NCBI GenBank assembly: GCA_951804945.1 | Contig: OX638149.1 | Span: 95,356,001-95,420,000, forward strand | From: Podarcis cretensis | Lineage: Eukaryota | Direction: 5' to 3' | DNA length: 64,000 bases | Part shown: positions 36,362 through 50,010 of the stretch, in pieces | How positions within the stretch are numbered: position 1 is the stretch's first letter | How the letters are laid out: each line of letters opens with the position of its first letter | Made by a program: the position numbers and the translations under genes | Notes under the pieces: generated by a model | Seen by the model: only the letters and a program-made list of their open reading frames with translations | Databases searched by the model: none | Told to the model about the DNA's origin: nothing

Positions 36362-36680
36362 ACGGGTGGGGAACCTCAGCCTGGGCTCTTCCCAAGTTTC
36401 ACCCTTTCCTCAGCCACACTCTTCCCAGGCCACATTCTTCACTGGTCCTATTTCACACGCTCCTTGAGCATGTTTGCCTGGCTCAGAATGTGTCCTTGAA
36501 CTCTGATAATGCCTATTGCTTGTCTAGGTGGAAGCTAGAGAGGGGAATGTGAGTGCGTATACAAGCTAGCCTACTTTACATAGATAAAATTTACATCCAT
36601 TGCTCTGCCCCGTCCACCGCTGGCATGCAGCCCCAAAGTCGCCTAGAAAGGAATGCCATCTGAAAATGATGCCCCACCCA
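36362..36680 (+). mobile_element. Second copy of the repeat at 13210-13535
   Basis: Collinear shared blocks with the 13210 copy. Confidence 0.6.
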
Positions 36681-37754
36681 CTTCCAGCTCACAGCTTAGA
36701 TAATTTGACAGGAGACTGAGACTGGGGCACGCCACTACATTCAGTTCCCTAAAGGTAAGGTAGGGCACAATATTGCCTAACTTTTTGACTACAAAAAGTA
36801 TTAATTTTTTAAATTTTAAATCCAATATTGGACTCTTTCCCCAAAGTCTGGAGCTGTTTAGATCAGGAGCTTTAGATTATCATGCTATACCATTGCTTAT
36901 CTAGATTCTTTTTTACTTTGGTCATAGTTACACTTAAAAATATGGGTGGGGATTTGGGTCTAGCCAATAAGCTCCAACTGGCTTGGATGTTTCTTCTGGC
37001 AAGAATGCTTGCAACACTGAGGTAAGTTGACTTCATCATCCCATCACACAAAGGCCTTCTGATGTGCTCCAGATGTGCCTGGCACTGATTACTGACCATC
37101 AACCTTCATCCCCTCTCACTAGTATTCTGTGGACCACTCCCTATGTGAATCTGTTCTTCTGGCTTAACCTACAAGCAGTCCCCCCCCCCAGTGAAAATTA
37201 ATCAGTAGGCAGAGCAATCCAAACCCCTCTTGTGCTCAGCTGTCTCCTCCCAGCTAAGCTGGACTCTTGCAGGCTGCCTTCAACAGAGCAATGCAGAACT
37301 GTCCCTTTGAAATATACAGACACAAGGGAGTTCAATGGGCAGCCAGTGAAAGGTCTCAAAACACGGTATATGGAGGGCAGGGAGGCTGAGCTAGCCTAGG
37401 ATCCATCAGCATCAGGCTCAATCACTGCACCATCTCCAGGCTGGTGAAGCAATTTAAACCCTCACTTTCAGCCCTGGCCGTTGTGCATGGCAGGGCTGTG
37501 GAAGTGGCCCCACCACACTAATGCCCCCAAAGGGGGAAGGCTTGGTTCGCCTTAAATACCTAAAACTGCTTGTGTATTTTCTGCACATCTGAAAAGGGAA
37601 AGAGTATCTATGGACAACATCCAAACTCTTGTACACCCTTGTACCCTTAGTGGTGTTAAAATATTCTAAGGGATTCTACAGTCAACTCCACAACCAAACT
37701 TTTGCCTTTTGGTGGTATGGACAAACAGCACAAAGCATGTACGATATAACAAAC

Positions 37755-37871
37755 CTGGTTCCTTGAGAACAGTGATGTTTGTCTTTCCACTGGTGAGTTC
37801 CGTGTAGGTGAACTTCATCACACAGTCCTTCACTGGGTAAGCACACAAGACTGAATGAGGGTCATCAGTTT
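37755..37871 (-). CDS. ITGB5: Integrin beta-5 beta-tail exon ([22 protein letters not shown]...VLKEP)
   Basis: ccag|AAACT ... CCAG|gtttgt on -; phase 1-1. Confidence 0.94.
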
Positions 37872-38582
37872 CTGGAATAAAATGTAAGACAATCCTATTT
37901 ATAACACAAAGATTTAAAACCCTAGCATATTGTGGCATATGTTGAAAAACATTTTAACCTATAACATATCCGCAGCATTAGATGCTCCCTTTGTTTTGCT
38001 GGGCATTTGTTCAGCGCATCAAAACACATGTTTGAATTACCATTATTTTGACCCCAGAAATGGAAGAATATGTTGAGATTCTAAGTCTCTTGGGTCTCTG
38101 GATTCCTTTCAATATGACGGCCTTCCTGTTGGTACATATGGAGCAAATTAGGAAACCATTCAAATGTCTAAAATTGTTGAAACCATTAACATAGTGAGTA
38201 GGTGAAAGATTGACTCGGCTGCATGCCTAAACATTTTGAAAGCTATGGATAAACACAACTCCAAGATTGCAAAGGAGATGTTGGTATGGCCCTGCCCTCC
38301 TTAAAGAGGAATTTCTATGTCTCTCTGAAAGAAGGCCAAACAAAACTGAAACTTGGAAGACTTTCTTTGGAAGAGGAAGTTTCATTTCCTTATGCCAATC
38401 TCCATGGAGGAAGTAATTGTCTGGAAATAAGCTTAATTTTGCAATCCAGTTGGAGCACAGGGAATAGCAGGGAGATGGAGATTAAAATATTCAACACTGA
38501 TAAGGTCAATGTTGTGCATTACAGAAAAACATGCTGTGATGGATACGCTGCATAGGGTCAAGCAAATGCATTAAACTGAATA

Positions 38583-38791
38583 CAGTGGTACCTTGGGTTA
38601 CAGACGCTTCAGGTTACAGACTCCGCTAACCCAGAAATAGTACCTCAGGTTAAGAACTTTGCTTCAGGATGAGAACAGAAATTGTGTGCTGGCGGCGCGG
38701 CAGCAGCAGGAGGCCCCATTAGCTAAAGTGGTGCTTCAGGTTAAGAACGGACCTCCAGAACAAATTATGTTCTTAACCAGGGGTACCACTG
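38583..38791. mobile_element. Tigger/pogo-like MITE, copy d
   Basis: TA|CAGTGGTACC ... GGTACCACTG|TA; same orientation as copy a. Confidence 0.9.
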
Positions 38792-38976
38792 TAGTTATGT
38801 GGCCAGAGATCTGGGGCAGGTCAGAAAATTGCATCCTCAGGCAGGTCTCATTGGCAAATCTCTCACTTTTGCCCATATGCAGTTTTTAAACACTACTTCG
38901 TTCCCTTGGGGAATAAGCAATCAAGTTTCTAATGGTAGTGCTTAGAAAAAGCAAAGCCACACTATGTATGTATGTA

Positions 38977-39202
38977 CAGTGGTACCTCGGGTTAAGTACT
39001 TAATTCGTTCCGGAGGTCCATTCTTAACCTGAAACTGTTCTTAACCTGAAGCACTACTTTAGCTAATGGGGCCTCCTGCTGCTGCCGTGCCGCTGGCACA
39101 CAAATTCTGTTCTCATCCTGAAGCAAAGTTCTTAACCCGAGGTACTATTTCTGGGTTAGCGGAGTCTGTAACCTGAAGTGTATGTAACCCGAGGTGCCAC
39201 TG
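38977..39202. mobile_element. Tigger/pogo-like MITE, copy e (inverted relative to d)
   Basis: TA|CAGTGGTACCTCGGGTTA ... TAACCCGAGGTGCCACTG|TA. Confidence 0.9.
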
Positions 39203-41339
39203 TATATATAAGCTTTGTGACTACCAGCAATAGAATGATGCTATACAAAAAGTATTTGAAACATAGTTGAGCAATGCCATACCTTAACAAAATTATAGCA
39301 GGAAGTAAAAAATAATATTCAGTAGCCTAGGCCAAAAGCCTTACAATAAAGTTTTGTTTCCACCACACAGCAAAACACCAAGGCCCCTCAGACTTGCGAG
39401 TGTCAAAGCCTGCGTGTGAAAACAAGGAAATCCCATTTACCCAGCAACTGCATGTTTCCATTGGTGGATCTGAATGGGTGAGGCAGGATTGTATGGGAGA
39501 ATTGGCCCTTCAGGTATCCTTGAGCAGGTTACTTTCCATCTGCCTGTGCTCCTGCTCCCATGTTAAGAATCTGATATCTTCCCTTTTCATCTCTCTTACT
39601 GTGTGAGCATTTGGCTGCTTGGCAGATGGCTTGTGGACCATGTCAGAAGAACAGACTTCTGCAGTCACTACAAAGAGCTTCTGTTTCAAAGATGCCTCAA
39701 CCTTCATTACTCCTGATAGCAGATGGCCCACAAATCCCTACCTGTACATGTACAACTTCAGACCAAACTATGAGCAACTGGTATACAGACATTCAGTCAG
39801 GAGAGGAATCAAATATAACCCTGCTAAACATCTTGAATTAGTCGCATTTAATAAATGAATGCTCTTTAAACTAATTCTTTAAAATCGATTCAGTAGTGCA
39901 TCACTGGAGAAGTTCTGATGGACCTTCTAAAACGGATGCCAAATGTAAAGGAACTGTGAAAAAGACTGAATTGAAAGTGGAGACAACAGATATTTTGTAA
40001 CAAAAAAATCTTTAACAAAAACTAATTAAAACAAACAACTTAAGTGGTATTTGAGGGAAAGCAGTGTATCCCACTGTTTCTCATGCTAGTTGTTTGGAAC
40101 ACTGCTAAAACCAAGTATCAAGTTCAATTTTTGAGCAATAAACCAACAATTTGTAAAGGCTCCTAGGGTCTGATCAGACATTCCATCTCATCATTTTTGA
40201 ACCCAGCTACAGATTTTCAGAGGAATGCACACGAAAGGCCTATCTGGTTTAGGCTAATAAGTAAAGCCCTAATAACAAAAGGGAGATTGAGAAAACGAGG
40301 CTCCTAAATGATGCCGGCTTCAATGCCAAGGGATTGCACTCTGTCCTGTGGATTCCTTTTGCTTTCCTCTTGCCTTCGTTTTTGAATACTCCGCAGACAA
40401 CAGTCTCATTTTGAGGCGCAAAGTGCTGACAAAGTGGAGATGTTATCAAAACTGCAATCAATCCACTGTGTTTGCATTTCAAAAATGTGCTGAATGGTTT
40501 TTATCGCCAGAAATTGCTTGAAAGGTCATTTTTGAGAGAAAGGGGAAAGTTGTGGGAGGAAGGGGGGGCAGACACGGCTGTTTCAAGCAGTTTCTCCCCC
40601 GGCCCCCCAGTGGATCATATAAGGACAGGCTGTTATATAAAATGAAAAGGCCAGTCAGCTGGGTTTGCAGGAAAAACCCATCTATAGCAGGTTTGGCTGC
40701 TGCATGTGAAGGTGAAGCAGAAGGGTCCATTCTCCTATATTATTCAACTTCTATATGAAGCCAGTGGGAGCTGTCATCCAGGGATTTGGAGCATGCATGG
40801 CACACATATTTCTCCTTATTCTGTCTGAATCAGGAGAGGCTGTGAAAGTGTTGAACCAAAGCCTGGAAGAGGCTGGATCCCAATAGGACCCTCTGGGCCA
40901 GAGGTGAGGAAGTATGTTTGAAGGAGTCTAATATGATCACTATGCCATCATATTTTATGCTCTGTCCAAATTGTGGTGGCTACAGAAGCCATACAGTCTA
41001 TGCCTCTGTTGGGACCCCATAAAGGAGCAAGTAAGGAACGCAAATGTTTCAGTTCAATTCTACCCTAGACTTGTAAAGCTGGTGCAAATCACTTCCCAAA
41101 AGTGGATCTCCAGAATTTTTCTGTTTGCACAGGAAGAGCTTTGCATGCAATTCAGCACAATATTGGCTACGTTATCTCTGCACAGCTTAAGCATATAAGT
41201 TTGGAAAGCAGCTTCAAACGAAAGGCCTGCATTTCAGGGTTATCTGTATGCATGTTGTTATCTGAAGTTAGCTTTTTGCGATTGGTAGGCATCTGTATTT
41301 ACACAAGTAGCCAGAAGGGCTTTAAGGGGCATTTTTAAG

Positions 41340-41341
<2 letters not shown>

Positions 41342-41387
<46 letters not shown>
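41342..41387. repeat. (AC)n microsatellite; a second at about 41644-41681
   Basis: Direct reading. Confidence 0.95.
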
Positions 41388-41388
<1 letters not shown>

Positions 41389-41642
41389 TGCACCTCTGTG
41401 GCAGTTTTGGATTCCATTAATGAAAAAATCTGGACTTTTCTCCCTAGGAAAGTGGGTTGATAATGGAGTCACATTTAAATAGCAAATAAACTCAGCAGAG
41501 ACAGACAAAGAGGAAGAAAAAAAGTATGTTGCAACATTTGCATTGGCAAATAGTCATTGTCTGTTAACTGGCGGGAGTGGGGTTGAGCCACAAGTACAGC
41601 TGAGCAGCTACAGCTGTGATGGTCCCCCCACCCCCGCCAATG

Positions 41643-41686
<44 letters not shown>

Positions 41687-42214
41687 GGAATGTGACAAAA
41701 GGTTTAACACAACAGAGCTTGAAGTCCAGAGATACCAAACTACTCAGTCCACATGACAATGTACTCCAGACAGAGAGCGGCTGGCTATATCTGTTGCCAT
41801 TAGATCATGCAGCAACAATTTTCTTTTAACTCAGAGGTGGACTGCAACTCCCATCAGCCCCAGTCTGCATGGCTAATGGTAAGGGATGTTGGGAATTGTA
41901 GTCCAGCAACAAGTGGAGGGCCACAGAAGGACCACTGCTGCTTAACTGAAACAATTGTCTCCTATATCACTAGCCAATATATCGATACAATCGATATATT
42001 GTATAGATACAACCTCTCAGCTACTTCTTTTCCTACGTTACGCGCACAATTGTTCTTTAATGTTCCTTTCCCTTACAACTCTAATACATCCAACTATTTG
42101 TCTACATTTTAACAAAATACATTCCAAATTCCCTTTCCCCTAAAGTGGTGAGACTTTGATAAGCAGCATCAACTTCTGCCAGGATTCTGCCTAGTTTATC
42201 TTGCCTGTACTTAC

Positions 42215-42318
42215 TGAGAGCATCCACTCGAGTAATGATCTCGTCCCGGCAGTGTTTTTGGCAGGTCTGGTTGTCAGCCAGTCTTCCTGAGTTAAACAGC
42301 ATACACTCGATGCAGTCC
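42215..42318 (-). CDS. ITGB5: Integrin beta-5 beta-tail exon (DCIECMLFNSGRLADNQTCQKHCRDEIITRVDAL)
   Basis: taag|GGACTGC ... CTCA|gtaagt on -; phases fit both neighbours. Confidence 0.95.
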
Positions 42319-43339
42319 CTTAGAAAGAGGAATGAGAGGAGATTGATAGACTTCCCTTCAAATCACATCCGCGTGCAGTGGAGTCTGCCCCCATAGGGAA
42401 TGGGGCATTGCCCCACCAACCTCCGTTTACCCTCAGCCGGTCCCCACCTGCCTTCTTGCTTAGAACCAGTCCAGGGAAGTGGCACTGCCACCAGCTTCCT
42501 CCTCCTTAGTCTCAAGGGTTCCCATCGTAGAACTCGGCAGGAAGGAGGATGGGAGCAAAACTCCCATCACTGGTTTTGTCTATCCTCTCTGGCTCCACCT
42601 ACTGTTGGCCTCCCTATCCTCTGCCCCACAAGTCTCAGTGCACAGTAGCAACAACTATTTGCCTGAGAAAAACATGGACAGAGATGTTTTCTCAAAATAA
42701 AAACTTTCCCCCTCTGTGGCAACCACATATAAAGGCTGCTGCTGATTTTATTGGTACATGGGTCATGGCTACACATTTGTTTCTTGTATGTAAGGAGAAA
42801 CCGTTCCCATTCAAGGAGAAAAAGTCACTCTCTAATAATACTTTTTAAAAAGGAAGAAAGGGGAAGTGATAAGAAGAACCCCAAAAAGGATTTGCACTAG
42901 GAAATTATATTTAGGACAGTCCTGTTTTGTAGAGAAGGTATCCAACCTTTGGAGGCTAATACAGAGAATTAGCAAGCTAAGGCTGTGTAAAATTGAAATG
43001 AAAAAGAAAATGCATATTGCTTCAGATCATTTTGCATTTTTTCATGCATTTCATTATACACAATACTATTAATGCATGCCTGCACAACATATGAACTGTC
43101 AAGCTGAAAACACAGCATATACCAGGCACATATTACAGCTTCATAAACCTGTTTTTGCTATATGATTTAGAACTGGGGGGGGGGGGGGAAATGGAGGTTG
43201 TCAGATACCTGACAGGTTCCAATACAAAAGCAAGGAGTTGCATTCAGCTTGGGGGTGGCGGGGTGTCACTAGCTGTACAAGCCTGAACAAGTGCCATTAA
43301 GCAAAACAAACATCCATCAATGCAAGCTAAATGGATGTT

Positions 43340-43531
43340 AGAACTATAGAACACAGCAACACAGGAAGCTGCTTTATATCAAGTCAGATCATTAGTCCTT
43401 GTCTATGCAGACTGGGAGTGGTTCTCCAGGATCTTGGCCAGGACACATTCCCAGTCCTGCTTGGAGATGTCAGGGATCGAACCTGGGACTTTCTGCTTCC
43501 AAAGCAGCTGCTCTACCACAAAACTACATCC
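43340..43531 (-). mobile_element. Old tRNA-derived SINE (Squam2-like)
   Basis: On -: ...gtggtagagcagctgcttt...tcccaggttcgatccctg; collinear with the copies at 48766 and 54144. Confidence 0.7.
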
Positions 43532-43986
43532 TTTGCTGCCTTGCATGAAGACAGACGGTGGATGCATGATCCTGGGACTGTTGAGTCTCCTACCCTCTAG
43601 CTCAAACGGATTTTCCCCAATTCTACCTTTTTAACTGCTGAGGCCAAAAACTGAGCCAAAGACTTCAGGTATGGAAAGTACTTCAAAGCCATGGTCTCAT
43701 CTACAATAAGCTGTAATAAGCACAATGGACTCATGGATGTAGTCTTGGACATGTCACATGTCTCAGCTGCAGATTCCCCAACTGAAAAATGGGAATATTG
43801 ATGAGCTACCTCACTGGATTCTAGTGATAAGTAAATTTCAAGCTGTGATGCATCATTGCTTCCTGAATTTTTGTAGGTATATCGGCAGGTGGGATGGACA
43901 CCAATGAAGCTGGAGAGCGACATAATCAGGCACTGTCATCAAGTTGTTATTAGAAGGGTTTTCACTCTAGCTAGCTCACACAATAC

Positions 43987-44209
43987 CTTTTTGTGCTGCA
44001 GACGCCTGGGCAGGTAGGGCATTTCTCACACGTCTCTCCAAAGGCACCCGGTTCTGTGCACTGGCATTTCCCACAAATGCAGTTGCCTCGGCCGCTGCAC
44101 ATCTGGCCATCGTTGGAAAGGCACTGGCCTGTCTCTGTTGAGCAGTTGCAGTTGTCCCCAATGTAACCACGGTGGCATTTGCACTCCCCACAGTGGCATT
44201 CCCCATGAC
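43987..44209 (-). CDS. ITGB5: Integrin beta-5 I-EGF exon ([12 protein letters not shown]...[14 protein letters not shown])
   Basis: ctag|GTCAT ... AAAG|gtattg on -; cysteine-rich integrin EGF repeats. Confidence 0.97.
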
Positions 44210-47200
44210 CTAGAGGCAAATTAAACAGAGCAGGCGTCACTTATGCTGCCAACAAAATGGGGACACAGTTCCAGAAGACAGCTGAAAATCCAATTAAGAG
44301 GCAGTAATGCTACCCAAGAGCCAATGTGTTCAATGATAAAAAGTCTTAGCTCAGCCATAGACTCACTGTGAGACTTTGGGAACATCACTGTTCTCACTGC
44401 TGGTCTGAAAAATGGGGATATTAAATGAGCTACCTCACAGGATTGGGTTGAAAGCAAACACATTAAAGATTGCAATACTGTGCAAATTAAAAGTGTTATG
44501 TAGTAGTAAAAAGGGCAATAGCAGGAATAAGTAATTAAAAACTGACTATGGAGGGAGACATCACATTCAGCAAAAAGTGTCACCTACAAACTATGGTGTA
44601 GTTCTCACAGGCTGCACATGAGATGGTAATCCCATCTGTTGTCAGCTGTACCCCGTCAAACTGCAGGTGGGGACTAGCTTTACTGATTCCTCTCCACAAC
44701 AATGCAAACCAGCCAACCAACAAGGATAAACAAAGCACATGTAACATACTTCTGATGCCGACAAAACAAGCCTTGCCATCCTCTACATAGGAATGTAGCA
44801 AAGCCCCAAATCATCAAGCTGGCCAGACATCTTATTTGTAACACATGTATCCCTTCCCTCTCCCCTTCAAGGGTATCCAAGGATGGTCCATTTTATCCTC
44901 GACCACTGCTCGGGAGATGACAAGTTCCCGCAAGTTCTATCAAAGTCTCTCTGGTTGCTAATGGTTGCATGTGCAGAATGTGGCCCACTCGTGCAACAGG
45001 ACTAGCCCATCCCTTGGCCTCAAAATCTGCTTTGGAGGGGGGGGGGGACAGAGCAAGTTTAGGGGTCACACGGGGAGTAGGAGGGGGAGAAAAAGTCCCA
45101 TTGTGGAGGTGAACCTCATACCCCACTTAGCACTACATGGAATTCCACTCTTGGGCTCAACCCCAACACACTCAACGCCAGAACTCAACAAAGGCTAAAA
45201 TTAATTGGCATGAGAATAGCTACACAAGGACTGCTAGACTCAAAGTAAAAAGTAACAAGGCTATACATTTGATATGTTCCGGAATAAAGGACACTTTTAA
45301 AACGGGTGGCATCTCATTTGTAGATCCCACCTGGCAAGCGTAAGCTGTACAGCATACAAACCAAGGGGCTAAGCAAGAAAATTAAAATAGAAGCAAGTTC
45401 CTAGTTATTGTTTCAAGTGGAGCAAAAGTTCAGACGCACTCTTTTTGGCTCTCGATTATTTCCTGATGCAGCTGAAGGAATATGTTCTTAGTTAAACCCC
45501 ACCCTCTTTTTTTTATCCTCGTCTGTTTTGCACTAACAAATATTTAATCTTATTAAATATTTTCATCTCAGAGTCTCTTTCCTTGTTTTGAAATAACAGA
45601 TTCTACTTTGCGCCAACACCAACAAACATTAAAAGGCTACTACAGACCTTGCAGCACTGCTGTTGACAATATTTTGCAGCAATCTCTCCCTGGAGGAATC
45701 ATTTCTTAGCTGCTTATGATAAAAACCATTCACAGAGGTTGTGACTTGCTATTTAGGATACTTGGAAATAAGAGGATCTTAAAAAGCAGGCGTATCTGAG
45801 CCAACCAAACAACTCCAGGCCAACCACTTTGGGATGTTCAACATACTCGAAAAGTAGAGGTCCCTGGCTCCCCTCCTTAGACATTTGGGTGGGGGTGGGG
45901 TGGAATCTGCAGTAACTTTCCTACTAGAGTCAATGAGGTTACATTGGAAAGAAAACATATATAACATCATGCCTTGATTTATTTAATCCCCCCCCCCCAT
46001 TCCAAAGGTGAACAGTCTTTGTTTTAATGTATTGCTATCGCATCTGAACCTCACAGCTGCCTCTGTGGAGTAGATTAGGCTGAGAAAAAGTGACTTGCAT
46101 TGAAAGTTTCGTGGCTGAACCCAGCACTCACTCCTGCTTTCCTCGTACATGTCTCCTGGAACTGTAAGGGCATTGAACAAGGACTACATCACCCTAAAGT
46201 TTTGCATAATGTGAAGCAGGATGGAAGAGTATATTAGTGGTAACCTAAGGGCTGCAGGCCATTTCAACCTAAGAGGTGTTGGATACAGCCCCACCAGACT
46301 TTCTGGGAATCCTGTGAATGCTGCTTGACATTCCAAAGCCAGCATCACTTCCAGAGCGGCACATAACACACAAATAATAAATTGTAGCAAAAGCGCTGGA
46401 GTGCTAAAGAGGGTTTATTAAGCAGACAACAACTTTAAAACATCCAGGAATATAGACTGGTTCAGCTGTGAAATTCCCAGTTCTAACCACATAGTGTTAA
46501 AGCCAGTCCACAAGCCCATGTCCCCCATACCCACCTGACATCATAGGTGACGACAGGTAGGTGGGGCAGGTAAGGAAGCAGCTACAAAGAAAGACTTGCA
46601 AACTTGCAACTTAGAAGTTATTTTGCTGTCAGCAAGCCCCACTTTATCCACCTGAAGGTGGCACTGATGGCAAAGTTGACTGCCAAGATACTAAACCAAG
46701 TGGTGTTTTGTTAATTTTTAAAAAATGAATCTCATCAAATGAGACTGTCCCTCCTCTGGTAGCAGGTAACTACTGTGGTATGTTATTAAGTATGGCACCA
46801 CCCAACTTTTCTGAAAGTGTATTTGATGGTTTTGTCTGTTTCTAGAGAAAAATGACAACAAAGGCAGGTAGTTCTCAAAAGTAGCAGTAAATGCTCCTCC
46901 TGCCAGATGGGAGAAGTGCATGTGTTTTGACTCGGACGCAAACTGAGGTTTTGTGCTGTGGAGAATTCCATTCAGAAAGAGAGGCACTGGTTAATTTTTG
47001 TTGTTTCCATTATTGCAAGGAAAATCTTTGGACACTTAAAAAGTTTGCTCAGCTGGAATTACCATGAAAGAAACTGAGCTGCAACTGGTTCATTACCAAG
47101 ATTAAACCAGCTTTCAAGACACGAATGCATCAAGAATTCCCAAGCCTGTGGCAGTCTGTTTGATATTTCTTATACACACACACTCCAAATTAAGAGACAG

Positions 47201-48374
47201 GGAGGGAAGAAGAGGCCAGGAACCTTTACAATATGTAAAAGGCCATCTTGGAGAAGCATTCTGACTCTAAAAATAAATGCTGGAAAAGCACAGCACCCTT
47301 CTGCAGACATAAGTCTTCCTGGTGAATTGGAATATAATCTTAGCCCAAGAAGGGAAAGTGCATTCCAAAAACAAGTCAGAGGTGTCAAAGCAACATACAG
47401 AGACTGGGTGACTAACACGTCTGAAACAGGGCATTCTGCCTACAGTACTTCAGTTTTAAAAAATGCTACGCCTGAAATTGAATGATTGCAGCATGTTTCA
47501 ATTGGTGAGTGAGTTATGTTGCTCTTGAAACAAAATGTCAGCTATATGATAGTAAGGTACCAGTATCAAACGTTTAAAGCATCTCTCTTTTGGGGGTGGG
47601 GGTAGTATCAAGAAACACGCATCTGTACCCTAGCACCTGTTGCTGTTAAATAAATATATTTTGTGCACTTGATAAACCCACCACTCTTGTTTTGGTTTTG
47701 CATCCAATTTATTAATGCCGTTTGCTAGAAATATTTCACCTCCTGCTTGCCACAAGGAGCTTCTTCTAGTCCAACTCTGAAATGAGATGTCAGATGTTTC
47801 CTGCTCTTCCACTGAAAGCAGTAAACCTAATTCCATGTTTAAAATCAATAGCCAATTTTATTAGAGTGCTCTTAAAAGAGAGCAGACTGACAACCTGATC
47901 GTTTCCATGCAACATTCTCAGAAGCTCTCTCCCCTAGATCTCTATGCTTGTAAAATCAGTGTCAGGCAAGAGTACAGTCTGAGCAGGCAAGTGATTCACA
48001 ACTGCCCTGCACCACCACTGGCCTGTGTACATATGGATGCAGGCTTCTGTGTGCACAGCCCCAAGCAGGATGAGGGGTTTTGTATTCAAATCGGAATTAT
48101 GCTCACACTTCAACAGGGCCAGTGCAGTAGCTAGTGATACACACATCTGTACCTTTGGAAAAGAACCAAAACAGCTAGGAAGTTGGGGCGGGGGGGGGAG
48201 AGTCTACACCTTAGCCTTTCCACACTACTGAGCCCTGCTCACAAAACAACTGGTCAGCAGGATGTAAATTTCTTTTAGGGCTAAGCACTTGTAGCACAGA
48301 CTACAACTTAAATGTGTTGTAGGACAGAGTACAGCTGCAGGTTAAACAGTTGTGACCAAAGCCACTTATTTTCT

Positions 48375-48490
48375 ATGGATGGCCATTACTGTGGGATGAA
48401 TACGGAATGAAATGGATGGCCATTACTGTGGGATGAATACGGAATGAAATGGATGGCCATTACTGTGGGATGAATACGGAATGAAATGGA
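48375..48490. repeat. Perfect minisatellite, 3.1 x 37 bp (atggatggccattactgtgggatgaatacggaatgaa)
   Basis: Units start at 48375, 48412 and 48449; no spacers. Confidence 0.95.
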
Positions 48491-48765
48491 CCTTTGTGAA
48501 GACTGGGTGTTTTTCAGCAAGCGATAGCAGACCCTTATTTTTGCAGGATGAAAACTGACCAATGCCTTCGCTGAGCAACTGCAAATGAACAGCTCACAGT
48601 AAGGTAACAGCCTCTCTGTGGGATAGTTCATAGCCACCACCATAAATTACAGCTGTAATATGTAAACTGTCCCGATATTAGACAAAACAGAGATAACGGT
48701 ATCACTCCTTCAAGCTCGGAGTCCTGCTGCTAAATTACTGCCACAGGAGATGAGAACACCATCAT

Positions 48766-48920
48766 GTCCATCTAGCTCAGGACTGTCTACACGGACTGGC
48801 AGCAGCTACCCAGGGTTTCAGAAAGGGCTGTCTCCTGTTCTACCTGGAGGTGCCAGGGATTGAACTTGGGATTTTCTGTGTGCAGAGCAAATGCTCTGCC
48901 ACTGAGCCACAGCTCTTTCC
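48766..48920 (-). mobile_element. Old tRNA-derived SINE (Squam2-like)
   Basis: On -: gctgtggctcagtggcagagcatttgc (A box) ... cccaagttcaatccctggca (B box). Confidence 0.75.
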
Positions 48921-50010
48921 TTAAATATTATTGGTTTTGTTATGGTAAAAAGCGCTGCAGTTTGCCTCCCTTTAAATTACCTTCCCAACTCCCAGGAGAT
49001 GAAAACAAGACACACGGGCCAGCTAAATCAACAGATTCATGAGTTGGGAACTTGCAGCAGTCCAAGAAACAATGCTGGTTTCACCAAAGCTATTCCCTTC
49101 TCAACAAGGGAGATGGATACATGGGACTGACTCAGACTCAAATTCCGAGATGCATCCCTTTGCAGCTAAATAAGCAAAGACTGGGAGAACACTGCTGTCT
49201 TGCTATTGTTCAGGGGCTTGGCAGGACGCTGCCCTGTCCTCCTTTGCCCCCATTTCATGCAGGAATCCTTGCTAAGTGAACAAGGCACAACAAAGAGACC
49301 ATCTCCCTTCATCTCTTCCCTCCCCCTCACTTTCCGTTTTTCTCCACTCCTCTGCCTTTTCAGCAGGAGTGTCAAGAGCACAATACAAATTAAGAGATTT
49401 GGCACAGTTTAAGACACAGACCTCCACGCTGCAGCTTTTCTGCAATTTGTTTACAAGGACACACGCCAGTCCTCACTGCGTTTGTCTGGGTTTTTGAAAA
49501 AAAAGGAAAGGAAAACAAAACCCAAGTGGAACCATTACAAATAGATTAAACTGGCTGAGTAGCATTTTATATTTCCCAAATGGAAACTCCTAAAAATAAA
49601 TAAATTCATGATTGCCCGTGTGTGTGCGTGCGTGTGTGTGTGTGCGCGCGCATGGTGCTAGATGGGAGCTCTAATGCAGTCCAATTAAGTTTCCAGCATG
49701 GAGAGAGATGACTTATACAGAAATAAGGCAAACAAGCTAACTTCTGTCTCTTGCACCTTAAATCATAATGGGACTCCCACTAAAGTCAGCAGCAGGACTC
49801 CTACTTATTTTAATGGAGCTGGATTGCACCCTTATAAATGGTTGGCCACTGGGCAAACAGGATGCTGGCCTTTGGTCTGATCTAGCAGGGTTCTTCTTAT
49901 GTTCTAAAGAGAGGGATCAGAAACTTCAGTTGTGCTCACCACTACATGGTGGGAGAACAAAACATTACTGTTGAGAAAAAATGAAGTGGTCCTCAAATTA
50001 TCCCTGAGCA

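Noticed and set aside
48375-48490. 37-bp repeats (and the 59-bp pair at 61653) as a CRISPR-like array
   Set aside because: The units are directly adjacent with no unique spacers, there are no cas genes, and the context is a vertebrate intron.
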